Shown here: positions 1 through 11,020 of the stretch, one piece after another
Layout: each line of letters begins with the position of its first letter
How positions within the stretch are numbered: the stretch's first letter is position 1
Assembly (NCBI GenBank): GCA_963664325.2
Contig: CAXXDQ010000008.1
Span: 160,001 to 224,000, forward strand
From: Desulfomonilia bacterium
Lineage (GTDB): Bacteria > Desulfobacterota > Desulfomonilia > UBA1062
DNA: 64,000 bases
Direction: 5' to 3'
Notes under the pieces: generated by a model
Database searches by the model: none
What the model saw: only the letters and a program-made list of their open reading frames with translations
Told to the model about the DNA's origin: nothing
Position numbers and translations under genes: made by a program

Positions 1-602
1 AAAGGTTCACCATATTCGATGAAACCTTTTTCTCTGGCTTTCAAAAGTGTGAGTATTTTGCCGGGGCCCTTGATGGAGGCTTCTTCCTCTTTCGCTGCAT
101 CGCTGATTTTTAAGGGAGAACGGGTATAAACGAATCTGAGCGGTATCAGGAAAATAGGTCTTTCCGTTTCAGGCTGAAGCCTTAGCAGTTCGATGACTGG
201 ATCAAGGCCGCCTCTTATCGCCGTCCTGTCAAGAAAGAAAAGCGAGGCCGAATTATCGATTTGCAGATATTCCTTCATATAGCCGCTTTTTATCGGATTG
301 GCCGAGGTGATCCTGTTTTTAATCAAGCCGGCGAGTTTCCATGCAGGCTGAAGGAAAGGGAAGCTCTTTCCAAAAACCATCTTCGGAACCGGAAGGCCTT
401 CAGCCCTGTTTTTCTGAATAAGCAGAAGCGAATCGATAACGCTCGTTCTGGCGAGAACGAATACGAGGTGGCCTTTTTTCCCGAGTTCTGAGACTGCTTC
501 GGTATACTCTTCAGGCAGAGTAACCGGAGAAAACAATCTCTTTATAAAGGGTTTCAGAAGAGGGCCGTATTTGCCCTCCATGAGGAAAGATGTTTTTCCC
601 AT
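1..602 (-). CDS. plsB: Glycerol-3-phosphate acyltransferase PlsB-like, N-terminal part (runs off window edge)
   Basis: Not in the ORF track. Hand translation from ATG 602 is open to base 1: MGKTSFLMEGKYGPLLKPFIKRLFSPV...LVFVLARTSVIDSLLL...GLPVP...IFLIPLRFVYTRSP...FIEYGEP, which resembles the PlsB N-terminal region. Confidence 0.65.
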   Translation of the reverse strand, partial: MGKTSFLMEGKYGPLLKPFIKRLFSPVTLPEEYTEAVSELGKKGHLVFVLARTSVIDSLLLIQKNRAEGLPVPKMVFGKSFPFLQPAWKLAGLIKNRITSANPIKSGYMKEYLQIDNSASLFFLDRTAIRGGLDPVIELLRLQPETERPIFLIPLRFVYTRSPLKISDAAKEEEASIKGPGKILTLLKAREKGFIEYGEP

Positions 603-651
603 AAAGTATGATTACAGGATAACCAGTGGAGATTTCAAGAAAGAAAACCTT

Positions 652-2497
652 TTATGAAGCCAAAACCTTTTTTTTTGCAACGGTCATGGTATGACGTTTC
701 TGGGCCGCAAGTTCGCTTTTTCTGAGCCTGATTGATTTTGGGGTCACCTCCACCATCTCATCGTCCCTTATGAACTGCAAGGCCTTCTCCAATGTCAGGG
801 GTGTGACCGGCGAGAGCATAATATTGTCATCCCTTCCTGCCGCGCGCATATTGGTGAGTTTCTTCATTTTGGTGGGGTTCACGTCGATATCGTTCTCGCG
901 GTTGTGCTCGCCAATTATCATACCTTCGTAGACCGGTACGCCAGGGGTAATAAAAAGCTGGCCCCTCGGTTCGAGGTTGAAAAGTGCATAGGCGACAGCT
1001 TCTCCCCGCCTGTCAGATACGATGGACCCTGTGAACCTGTAGGGGAAATCTCCCCTGTGCTCTTCATATGCAAGCAGGTAGGAATTCATTATACCGGTGC
1101 CCTTGGTATCGGTCAGGAATTCATCCCTGAAACCGATAAGACCACGCGACGGGACGCTGAATTCTACCCGGACCCTTCCGCTCCCGTGATTGACCAGATT
1201 TATCATCCGGCCCTTTCTCTGGGATATCTTTTGCGTGACAACGCCCAGGAAGTTTTCCTCACAGTCGACAAAGAGGTGTTCAATCGGTTCAAAAACCTTG
1301 CCGTTCTTATGCTCAAGTATGACTTCCGGTCTGCCTACACACATTTCGAAACCTTCACGCCGCATGGTTTCTATAAGTATTGCAAGCTGGAATTCCCCCC
1401 TTCCTTTTATTATGAAGGCGTCTTTTTCGGGGGCGACCTCCATTTTGATTGCAACGTTCCTGAGGGTTTCCTTGTTAAGCCTTTCGTGAATGCGTGTTGA
1501 CTGGACATGGGTTCCTTCCTGGCCCGCCATAGGCGAGTTGTTGGGCATAATTCGCATGAAAACCGTGGGAGCATCCACTGATATGCGTTTCAGGGCCTTC
1601 GGACTATTGACGGTGCAGATGGTGTCGCCTATCTTTACGTTCTCGATTCCTGATATGACGACAATATCACCGGGCTCGGCGCTCTCGATCTCCCTTAGGG
1701 CTATACCCTGGTAACCCTGAAGCTTGGTTACACGCAGCATTACGTGATCCCCCGCCTCGTTTATGCATACCAGCGAATCCTGCGAGCTGACCCTGCCGTT
1801 GAATATACGGCCGACGGCAAGCCTTCCGAGGTAGTCCGAGTAGTCCAGATCGGCAACGAGCATCTGAAAAGGCTCTGCCGGGCTGTATGATGGGCCCGGC
1901 AGGTCATTAATGATTGTCTCGAAGAGCGGCTTCAGGTCAGACGCTTCTTCCTGAAGCGTTTTTTTTTGCTATCCCTTCCCGTCCAACTGCATAAAGAACA
2001 GGAAATTCGAGCAGTTCTTCATCGGCGCCAAGGTCTATGAACAGATCATATATTTCGTTCAGAACTTCAGCAGGCCTTGCATCCTTGCGGTCTATCTTGT
2101 TTATAACGATTACCATAGAAAGACCTGCTTCCATAGCCTTTTTAAGGACAAAACGTGTCTGGGGCAGGGGGCCTTCGGCTGCATCGACCAGGAGGATCGC
2201 GCCGTCAGCCATGGAAAGTGCGCGTTCGACCTCGCCGCCGAAATCCGCATGACCCGGGGTGTCTATGATATTTATTTTTACGTTGTTCCATGATACCGAA
2301 CAGTTTTTTGCGGCTATGGTTATACCACGCTCACGTTCGAGGTCCAGCCTGTCCATAACCCTTATTTCAACATCCTGCCCTGAACGGAATACCCCGCTCT
2401 GCTTGAACATGGCATCAACAAGGGTTGTTTTCCCATGGTCTACATGGGCGATAATGGCTATGTTCCTGATTCCCTCATTCATGATGTGCTGGCGCAT
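652..2497 (-). CDS. typA: Translational GTPase TypA/BipA (one frameshift at poly-T ~1959-1967)
   Basis: [42 protein letters not shown] in ORF 1937-2497; [18 protein letters not shown] and [22 protein letters not shown] in ORF 652-1863. Confidence 0.95.
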
Positions 2498-2543
2498 AAT
2501 CTTGTCCTTCTGTCATTATTATTAGAGGTCTGTTCCCTAACAG

Positions 2544-2580
2544 AAAAACCGGGTGAAATGCAAGCGCTCTCCCGGTTTTT
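2544..2580. terminator. Inverted repeat, probable intrinsic terminator
   Basis: AAAAACCGGG-17 nt-CCCGGTTTTT downstream of the Ig-domain lipoprotein gene. Confidence 0.5.
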
Positions 2581-2606
2581 GTCGTGATCCGGGAAAAGGG
2601 TTGCCT

Positions 2607-3273
2607 TTATTGAGTTTTAACCGCCTTGAATTCCGCAACTCTGTTTAATTCCGTATAGTTTCCGGCGGTATCTGAAAAACCGTATAGAACAAAGCGGCAT
2701 GCCTGTCCTGCATTGACATGATTAAGCCTGATGTAAACATTTTTTGCGGTCATCCGAGAAAACAGGGGAGGAATGTTCAGTGCTCAGGTTGAATGATACC
2801 TCTCCGATGCCCTCATTGAACTTTAAAACGACTTCAGGAGAGCCTTCATAAACGCTCTGGCCGTTGTCGGGAGAAACAGATTCAAGAGCTGGAGGAACCG
2901 ACTCGATAGTGAAACTCCATGAATAATCGCTTTTCATTTTACTGCCGCCGTCGGGGTTGACAACGCCCGCCTTGATTGTTGCCGTATATGTTTTCCCGGC
3001 AATAAAAAAGGAATTTTTATCCGGGGCAAAGACTGCTACATCGTCGTTTGATATCGGGTTTTTCCTGACCGTTACGAGTCCGGGTACAGGGATCCTGTTA
3101 TTTTCCACACTGAACTGCAGGGTCGCCGGATCAATTGATGTACTGAAATCAGCGGATATTTCCGAGTGCCCCTTGACATCCATGGCTCCATCGTCCGGTG
3201 ATGTGCTCGTTATGTCCGGTTTGCAGGCCGCAATTATCATTACAGCAGTAAAAAGAATCAATATCTTCCGCAT
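2607..3273 (-). CDS. Lipoprotein with two Big_5 (SbsA-type Ig-like) domains (frameshift at ~2740-2746)
   Basis: Lipobox IAAC; TSPDDGAMDV..ISADFS, YTATIKAGV, DYSWSFT. Removing one base gives ...DDRKNVYIRL...FSDTAGN...KTQ*. Confidence 0.7.
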
Positions 3274-3376
3274 CAAGTCATCCTCATATTAGATTTCAAG
3301 GTTAAAATAATATATATTACAACTCGGTAAATCCATCAACGGCGATTTTTCAATTACGGCATAACACGGAGGGCGG

Positions 3377-4268
3377 ATGAACAGAAGGGAATTTCTTAAA
3401 ACAGCAGTAATGACAGGAGCAGCAACTATCTTTCCACCGGTCCTGACAAATCTGACCGCAGCTTTATATCCTGACATAGCGGCAGCAACAGGAAATGACC
3501 CGGCAAAGATAACGCTTGCAGCAGTAAATGCACTCGGCGGGATGAAACGATTTATATCCAGGGGGGATATTGTCGTCGTCAAACCGAACATCGGGTGGGA
3601 CAGGGCACCTGAATTCGCGAGCCAACACAAACCCAGTCGTTGTGGGCGCAGTGGTGAGGATGTGTTTTGATGCAGGTGCTAACAGGGTAAAGGTTTTTGA
3701 CAACCCCTGCGATAACGCCAAAAGCTGCTATGCTGCAAGTGGAATAGCCGCTGAAGCCCGGAAGTACGGGGCCGAAGTCATTTACATGGAGGACAGAAAA
3801 TTCATCGAGGTGGATATAAATGGGAGTGTCCTTAAGAAATGGCCGATATACAAGGATGCGCTGGATGCCGGCAAGATAATAAATGTCCCTGTGGCAAAGG
3901 ATCACGGGATATCGAAACTTACACTCTCCATGAAAAATATGATGGGTGTCATGGGTGGACGAAGGGGGAAGCTCCACAGGAAACTGGCTGAAAACCTTGT
4001 CGACATGGCCAGATTCATGAGGCCTGCGCTTACAATCATCGATGCAGTGCGGATACTGACTGCAAACGGACCTACCGGCGGCAACCTGAAGGATGTCAAG
4101 AAAATAGATACTGTAATAGCCGGTACCGACATGGTTGCAATGGACTCCTATGGCGCGACACTTTTCGGCATGAGAGGAAGCGACCTAGACTATGTAAGGC
4201 TTGCCGGTTCCGCCGGAATAGGCAGAATGGATATTGAGAACCTGAAAATTCAGAAGATAAAAGCATAA
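3377..4268 (+). CDS. DUF362 family protein with Tat-like leader (frameshift ~3620)
   Basis: MNRREFLK leader; LGGMKRFI..GD.VVVKPNIGWDR.PE..ANTNP; INVPVAKDH..LTLSMKNMMG; TIIDAVRIL..GP.GG. Confidence 0.85.
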
Positions 4269-4270
4269 TA

Positions 4271-5807
4271 ATGTTGAAACAAGGGAAGGGGTTCTTTACA
4301 TCAAGGCTGTTAAGAATGATCTCGCAGACGGTCTTCCTCATTATCTTCCTGTTCCTTTTCGTTCGGACGGAGAACAGGGGAAGCGAAACCCTGGGCTACC
4401 CCGTCAAGCTGTTTCTTGATTTTGACCCGCTGATACTGATAACGACGCTGTTTTCGTCGCATGCCGTACCTGCCGCGCTTTTCATATCTCTTGTAACGAT
4501 TGTATTCACAATGCTTTTCGGGCGTGTCTTTTGCGGATGGGTTTGTCCGCTCGGTACATTGAACAATGCAGTTTTATCATTCAGCAGGTCCCCATAAGGC
4601 CGAACCAGGGAACATGTACAGGCTGAAATATTATATACTCTTTTTTATTCTGACGGCTGCCGTCTTCGGGATGCAGACTGCTGGCATTCTTGATCCGTTG
4701 ACATTGCTTCTAAGGACGCTTTCAGTAAATATCTACCCGCTCCTTAATTCCGCATTCATGACAATGCTGGGGCTTGTTGAGCATTATGCGCCGGAAGGAT
4801 TGTCCGATGTTGCCGGCAGGATTTATACTGTTCTAAGGGGCACGGTCCCTGCCTTTTAATGACGTACATTACGGACAGTCTGCATTTATAGGTGGAATAT
4901 TTCTTGCCATACTTCTCCTGAATATAGTCGAAAAGCGGTTCTGGTGCAGGTACCTTTGCCCGCTCGGGGCACTGCTCGGACTGCTATCAAGGTTTGCTCC
5001 TTTCGGCATCAGGGTTTCCGGTCAATGCATGTCGTGCGGTGCGTGTTCAAATTCATGCCAGGGCGGCGCTGTCAGGGATAATGGAAGTGCGCGGATGAAG
5101 ACCGAGTGCCTGGTGTGCCTTGACTGTGACGACCCTTGTCCCAAGGCTGCAGTTACTTACAGTGGAACATTGAAGTCCTCTCCGCTTGATGTCAAACGGA
5201 GGGGGGTCCTGGTATCGCTTGCAGCAGGCGTTTTCAGTGTGCCGTTTTTGAGGCGAAGACCTGCTGTCAATAATCCCTTTCTTATAAGGCCGCCCGGGAG
5301 TCTTAAGGAATACGAATTCCTGAAACGCTGCATAAAATGCGGCGCCTGCATGAAAGTCTGTCCGACGGGAGGGCTTCAGCCGGCATTGATGGATTCAGGG
5401 ATTGAAGGCATTTGGACACCCAAGCTTGTCCCTGTGATCGGTTCATGCGAATACTGCACGCTTTGCGGCCAGGTCTGTCCTACCGGGGCAATCCTTGAAT
5501 TGAAAAAACTCTCCCTGATGAAAGTAAAGATCGGCCGGGCCGAAATTGACCGATCACGATGCCTGCCTGGGCCGATGCGACTCAGTGCAGCGTCTGCGAG
5601 GAAATGTGCATCGTGCCCGAAAAAGCGATATGGTTGGAAAAAGCGATTGAACGGAATAGGGACGGAACCGAAGTAAAACTCCTGCGTCCTCACGTTGATT
5701 CTGAAAAGTGCATCGGGTGCGGCAAATGCGAAAAAAACTGCCCTCTTGACGACAGGCCTGCTATTTATGTGACGAGGGCCGGAGAAAGCAGGGAAGGTGA
5801 CATATAA
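4271..5807 (+). CDS. Membrane polyferredoxin, NapH/MauN-like fused to NapG/MauM-like (frameshifts ~4592, ~4856, ~5567)
   Basis: GRVFCGWVCPLG, RFWCRYLCPLG, several CxxCxxCxxxCP motifs and IRPPG..E.EFL..CIKCGAC..VCP across four frame-joined ORF pieces. Confidence 0.8.
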
Positions 5808-5854
5808 GAGGTTTCAGAGATACAGTCTTTGAGTCCATGAAGGGTTTGCCAATC

Positions 5855-6205
5855 CTATGACAATGGACCCAGATGAATCTTGAACCGGCCAGCATAGTCC
5901 TTTCCGAATTCGCACAACGCCCCCAGGACAGGTATCAGCCGTTTACCGTAGGCGCTCATGGAGTATTCCACCTTGGGCGGCACTTCCGGATATATTTTAC
6001 GTTCGATAAGCCCTGCTCTTTCCAGGTCCCGGAGCTGCTGCACGAGCATCTTTTCCGTGCATTTTGGGATTGACCTCTTAAGCTCGCTGAAACGTCTGGT
6101 CATACCCATAAGATTCCAGAGGATGAGGGCTTTCCACTTGCCTCCGATCATGTCAAGAGCAAGCTCGACAGGGCAGTCATATGTTTTGCTGTTTTTTATT
6201 CCCAT
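5855..6205 (-). CDS. HxlR family winged-helix transcriptional regulator
   Basis: CPVELALDMIGGKWK, RFSELKR, MLVQQLRDLE..GLIER.IYPEVPPKVEYS. Confidence 0.92.
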   Translation of the reverse strand: MGIKNSKTYDCPVELALDMIGGKWKALILWNLMGMTRRFSELKRSIPKCTEKMLVQQLRDLERAGLIERKIYPEVPPKVEYSMSAYGKRLIPVLGALCEFGKDYAGRFKIHLGPLS

Positions 6206-6260
6206 GGCCGTTCTTCTTATAGCTATCAATAAAGTTAGTACTAAACAAATAAGTAGGTAC

Positions 6261-6289
6261 TTGTCAATATAAATTGTAATACCTATAAT
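6261..6289 (+). promoter_or_regulatory. Sigma-70 promoter for the flavoredoxin/Isf genes
   Basis: TTGTCA-17 nt-TATAAT, followed by SD GGAGG before ATG 6319. Confidence 0.7.
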
Positions 6290-6318
6290 GGAAGGATTAA
6301 TGCTATAGGAGGTATCTG

Positions 6319-6888
6319 ATGAAAAAGGTTAAGGTCGCAAACGGTACAATAGGGTATCCGATGCCGATGGTTGTTGTCGGAGCCGAGGTCAATGGCAGGC
6401 CAAATTTTATGGCTGTCGCATGGGTGAGCAGGGTGAACTTCAATCCGCCACTTGTGGCCGTGGCACTTGGCAAAAGTCACTACACAAACAGAGGCGTTCA
6501 CCAGAACAGGGAGTTCGGCATTTCCGTACCTTCACAAGATATGCTGACAATGGTCGATTACATTGGCCTGATATCAGGTGAGAAAAACGACAAGAGCGAA
6601 GTATTTGATATATTCCGTGGTGAACTTGAGCATGCGCCAATGGTTATGGACTGTCCCTTCACTATGGAATGCCGTCTTGCAAACGTGTTTGATCTGCCTA
6701 CAAATGAGCTTTTCATAGGTGAAATAATTGGTGCTTACTGTGATGAGAAAATGCTTGATAACGGAAAGCCAGTCAGGGAAAGAATGCATCCGTATATGCT
6801 CACTATGCCGGATAACAGTTATTGGTCATTTGGTGAACATATCGGACAGGCATGGAAGGATGGGGGAAAACATATGGCTCCACGTTAG
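6319..6888 (+). CDS. Flavin reductase-like protein (flavoredoxin family)
   Basis: YPMP.VVVG..GRPNFMAVAW, SHYTN.G, MVDYIGLISG, CPFTMEC, LFIGEI. Confidence 0.9.
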   Translation: MKKVKVANGTIGYPMPMVVVGAEVNGRPNFMAVAWVSRVNFNPPLVAVALGKSHYTNRGVHQNREFGISVPSQDMLTMVDYIGLISGEKNDKSEVFDIFRGELEHAPMVMDCPFTMECRLANVFDLPTNELFIGEIIGAYCDEKMLDNGKPVRERMHPYMLTMPDNSYWSFGEHIGQAWKDGGKHMAPR

Positions 6889-6964
6889 AGAAGATTTCTG
6901 AGAGATATAAGCAATTGCCGCCAGTACCCGGCATGCATAAAAGCAAATTACAGGAGGAATAGTA

Positions 6965-7537
6965 ATGAAGGTTGTAGGTTTTATCGGAAGTCCCAGGAAA
7001 TCGGGAAATACTGCCGCACTCGTTGAAGAAGTTCTCAGGGGAGCGCGGGATAACGGGGCCGAAACTGCTGCATATAACATCAATCAGCTGAAAATCAGGG
7101 GTTGCCAGGCCTGCTACAAATGCCAGACACCTGACGGAAAATGCGTTCAGAAAGACGATATGGCAAAGCTTTACGATGAGATTGACAGCGCCGATGCAAT
7201 AGTAATAGGTACTCCAATCTATATGGCCCAGGTTACAAGCCAGACGAAAACCTTGATAGACCGGTTCTTCGCATATTTGTATACGGATAAAGGGATACCC
7301 GGAAACTTCAAAACCAAGCTGAACAAAAAGAAAACCGTGACCGTATTCTCCCAGGGCCAGCCGGACCCCTCAGTATTTGCTGATTGCTTCAATCTGACTG
7401 AGGGCATCCTGAACTTTATCGGTTTTGACATCAAGAAGCGCATCACTGCCACCGGCGCAAGAAATCAGACAGACGCAAGAGAAAATGCCGGGCTTATGAA
7501 AAGTGCATATGCCGCAGGGGTTGAACTCACGAAGTAG
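6965..7537 (+). CDS. Flavodoxin-like iron-sulfur flavoprotein (Isf/FMN reductase family)
   Basis: GSPRKSGNT, CQACYKC..C..KDDM, GTPIY, K.LIDR. Confidence 0.9.
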   Translation: MKVVGFIGSPRKSGNTAALVEEVLRGARDNGAETAAYNINQLKIRGCQACYKCQTPDGKCVQKDDMAKLYDEIDSADAIVIGTPIYMAQVTSQTKTLIDRFFAYLYTDKGIPGNFKTKLNKKKTVTVFSQGQPDPSVFADCFNLTEGILNFIGFDIKKRITATGARNQTDARENAGLMKSAYAAGVELTK

Positions 7538-7693
7538 CGGACTGGATCAGGGTTTGCTTTATAAGGAATCATCTGAAACCTGATAATGCAGGCCCTGATC
7601 CTGCAGATGAACATGAACACAAAAGTTGACAGTGATGTTATCTATGCTATGAATTGATATAACGGTTCCATTCAATAAGGGGGTAAGCAAGCC

Positions 7694-10294
7694 ATGGCCT
7701 ACAAATTTAAAAAACGCCATGTTCTTTATGCGCTTCTGCTTTTCGCAATTGGGTATTACATGGTTTCCAGGGTTGACTTCGAAAAACACAATATGGACCC
7801 TGAACCGGTACGGGTGTCTAAAAATCCTGAGAACCAGGCATATCCGGTTTATTCATACGATGTACCTCTCGATAAAACAAGCCCGTGGCCCAAGTTCAGG
7901 TGCAACTCAACCCAGACTGGGCGGTCGGATGTTCTACCTGTTGAGGCTGACTTGAAACCCTGGGCATTTCATACCGGCAAGGGGATCTTCAGCTCTCCTG
8001 TTATCGATAGTGATGGAACAGTCTATATCGGTTCGGCTGATCATTACCTATATGCTATCGATAAAACGGGAATCCTCAAATGGAAATTCCTGACAGGCGA
8101 GATCATAGATTCATCGGCCCTGCTGGATGACAAGGGAAGGGTATACATAGGCTCCGGCGACGCACATGTTTATGCCCTCGACCGCAATGACGGCAGACTT
8201 TTGTGGAAGTTCAAGGCACATACGCCGCAGGAGGTTACCGAGAAGTTCGGTGTAAAAACCTACAACCTTAACTGGTTTGAAGGGAACATAGCCATGCTTG
8301 CCGACGGCTCCATTCTGGCCCCGAACGACAACTATCTAATCTACCGCATCAACAGGGATACCGGCGGAATCATAACTCAGTATATAATCAATGAAATGGG
8401 CTGGTCTCTGCCTGCGGCGAATACTAAAACCGGGAGAATAATCACAGGCTCAAATTTCCTGGCATTGAAAAACGTCTTTTGCTTCGACACAAAAACAGGC
8501 AAAAAGCTCTGGACCAATGGCGGTCTCGGCACCAATGCCGCTTCCGTTCTGCTTACCAGCAATGACCCCAGCGGGGCGGCCCTTGTAGGCGGTTTTGACG
8601 GGATACTGAGGGCGTTTTCACAGAATAGCGGGAAACAGATATGGAAATTCAATACCCGGGACCATATCTATTCAAGCCCGTCACAACTCAAAGACGGAAC
8701 CATAATCCAGGCCTGCACGGACGGCTCGGTCTATGCGGTCAGTCCCCGGGACGGCACGCTTAAATGGGCATTCGATTCGCTTGAGCCCATACGCTCATCA
8801 CCGGCGATAGACGGAAGCGGTAAAATATATTTCGGCTCGGGCGACGGCCGCCTGCACTGTTTGAATCCCGACGGCACGCTCAGGTGGGCATACCAGCTTG
8901 TGACTGATGACAGGAACGATATAAACGGATCCCCCGGACTGGGAAGTCACGGCATCTATATAGCTGGAGAAAGCGGTGGTATATTCTTTATTCCTTATGA
9001 TTACCCTTTGACAGAGGCAGGGCGAAAAGATCCGCGAACAATTATCAGGCAGGGTGAGGACCTTCCGGAAAACGGGGTTTTCCTTCTGTATACTACAGCA
9101 TTCGGCAGCCTGAAATTAAAGGCTCCCGAAGAAATTAGGGCAAATGAGCCCATGGCATTTACTCTCTTTGTCAGGAAAAACGGCGATACCGTCAAGTCGG
9201 TTATCGATAAAAAATCTTTAAAGGTTTCAATTTCCGGCGGGGAAAAAGGCAAGGTCGACACGTCTGCAAACTCACAGTTTATAACCATAATCCCCCAGGA
9301 GATGTGGACCGGCCCAGAAGGCGGAATTTTGAAAGTCAATATCAAAGGCGATTACAGAATCGACCCCGTACGTTTCGGACTCAAATTTTTCGGAGGGAAG
9401 AAAGGCGGCACTTTTGATGAAACATTCACCTTTAAAGTACTCGCAAGGTCGGACGGTGCAAGCCCTTACAGGGTTCCTGTTAAAACAGGAGACCCCTCGT
9501 CAACTATTGAACTGAGCAGGATGGCACCGGCAACCCCGTCGATGCTGCCTTCATACAACCAGATCGGCTATGATTCGCTGCATTATATACTAGGGGCGGT
9601 GGAGGGCGACGGAAACAATGCGGTACTGTGGGGTATCGGCGGCAAACTTACAGGTGAGGACAAGACCGTCATCAATCCGGAGCTTCAAGTGCGTTTCCCC
9701 CTTATGATGAATTACGACAAAGGACTGCTTACCCTTTATAATTATGACGGGATGCTGCTAGACATGAACGGCTCATGGGCCATGCCGCTTGCCCTGTTCA
9801 GGGTGGCGACGATTGTGGACACCGTAAGCGGTGCAGGGGTTTCTCCTGCGGAACTGAACGCCATCGCCGAATGCGACAAGATAAAGTTTTATGGAAAATT
9901 CATGAAGCTTATGGGCATGTCCGATTTCTCGACCGGGCTTATGAATATCTATGGCGGCATGAACTACGGCCTCTTTGGAACGGGTATCACAACAGGCGTT
10001 TCCGGAGCCGGCGATGTCAATTTCATCACCGGCAAAAAATCTGTAACAGCGGTTGTAAAGGGGGGTGCACTAAAAAAGACGGAACATGTTTTCGGCATCC
10101 TGCTGGTCAGTGAAGAAACACACAGGCCCGTACCCGCAAAATATATTTATGATACAAAAGTGGAAGCAGGCTCGGACGGGACGGTCACGGGCGTAACCCT
10201 GTCGCTTGACGGTATCAAATTCAAGGGGAAGACCCGCGCATATTACATGGTTGACACCTATCCTGCAGCAAGAGGGATTGCGGAGATCAGATAG
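7694..10294 (+). CDS. Membrane-anchored PQQ-like (BamB-type) beta-propeller protein with uncharacterised C-terminal half
   Basis: N-terminal hydrophobic segment; repeated SSP.I..DG.VYIGS.D..LYA.D..G.LKW.F blades. Confidence 0.8.
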   Translation: MAYKFKKRHVLYALLLFAIGYYMVSRVDFEKHNMDPEPVRVSKNPENQAYPVYSYDVPLDKTSPWPKFRCNSTQTGRSDVLPVEADLKPWAFHTGKGIFSSPVIDSDGTVYIGSADHYLYAIDKTGILKWKFLTGEIIDSSALLDDKGRVYIGSGDAHVYALDRNDGRLLWKFKAHTPQEVTEKFGVKTYNLNWFEGNIAMLADGSILAPNDNYLIYRINRDTGGIITQYIINEMGWSLPAANTKTGRIITGSNFLALKNVFCFDTKTGKKLWTNGGLGTNAASVLLTSNDPSGAALVGGFDGILRAFSQNSGKQIWKFNTRDHIYSSPSQLKDGTIIQACTDGSVYAVSPRDGTLKWAFDSLEPIRSSPAIDGSGKIYFGSGDGRLHCLNPDGTLRWAYQLVTDDRNDINGSPGLGSHGIYIAGESGGIFFIPYDYPLTEAGRKDPRTIIRQGEDLPENGVFLLYTTAFGSLKLKAPEEIRANEPMAFTLFVRKNGDTVKSVIDKKSLKVSISGGEKGKVDTSANSQFITIIPQEMWTGPEGGILKVNIKGDYRIDPVRFGLKFFGGKKGGTFDETFTFKVLARSDGASPYRVPVKTGDPSSTIELSRMAPATPSMLPSYNQIGYDSLHYILGAVEGDGNNAVLWGIGGKLTGEDKTVINPELQVRFPLMMNYDKGLLTLYNYDGMLLDMNGSWAMPLALFRVATIVDTVSGAGVSPAELNAIAECDKIKFYGKFMKLMGMSDFSTGLMNIYGGMNYGLFGTGITTGVSGAGDVNFITGKKSVTAVVKGGALKKTEHVFGILLVSEETHRPVPAKYIYDTKVEAGSDGTVTGVTLSLDGIKFKGKTRAYYMVDTYPAARGIAEIR

Positions 10295-10301
10295 CACCGG
10301 T

Positions 10302-10787
10302 TCAATCTATGGCGACATTGACTGGTTCGGTGTTCAATGCCGATGCCAGGTCGTGAGGAGACATTTCAGCCAGAAGTCCCCTCAGCCCTGCATTGATGAA
10401 TATTTTGGACAGTTCGAGGATTGAGGCCTCGATGTAGACTTTCAGGCGCTTTCTGGTGCCGAAAGGGGATGTCCCGCCGACCCTGTATCCGGTATGGCGT
10501 TCGGCGGTTTTCGGGTCGCAGGGCTGAACTGACTTGGCGCCGATTAACCTGGCCATATTCTTTGTTGAGACGTGCCTGTCACCGTGCATGAGTATTATAA
10601 AAGGTTCTTTTCTGTCGTCTTCCATGACAAGGGTCTTTATTACCGTATGCTCATCGACATCAAGCTCCCGTGCGGAAACCTCTGTGCCGCCGTGCTCCTC
10701 GTATTTATACTGATGAAGACTGAAGGCTATTCCCTTCTCTTTCATAACCCTTATGGCCGAAGTTGTTGACAAATGACCCTTTGCCAT
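10302..10787 (-). CDS. ybaK: Cys-tRNA(Pro) deacylase
   Basis: VIKTLV, AERHTGYRVGGTSPFG, INAG.RG. Confidence 0.92.
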   Translation of the reverse strand: MAKGHLSTTSAIRVMKEKGIAFSLHQYKYEEHGGTEVSARELDVDEHTVIKTLVMEDDRKEPFIILMHGDRHVSTKNMARLIGAKSVQPCDPKTAERHTGYRVGGTSPFGTRKRLKVYIEASILELSKIFINAGLRGLLAEMSPHDLASALNTEPVNVAID

Positions 10788-10994
10788 TTCAAGCCCGATC
10801 CTTTCTGAATTAGTGATTTAAGAAAATATACACCGGCTTTAAAATGTCTACAGATTTATCGGACAAACCCGGCAGGAAATCAAAAGAGATTACATATGAG
10901 GAAGTGAAGAAGATACTCCATTCAGCTTTACAAAGTGCTTAATGAAAATAAAGAATAGAAAAGGAACAAAAAACAGCACCGTTCTTCCAATTGC

Positions 10995-11006
10995 CACAAA
11001 ATTGTG
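10995..11006. promoter_or_regulatory. Candidate activator binding site (autoregulatory)
   Basis: CACAAAATTGTG, an ACA-N4-TGT palindrome about 15 nt before the activator ATG; the same motif occurs upstream of the sigma-54 promoters. Confidence 0.5.
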
Positions 11007-11020
11007 CTACTTGATATTAC

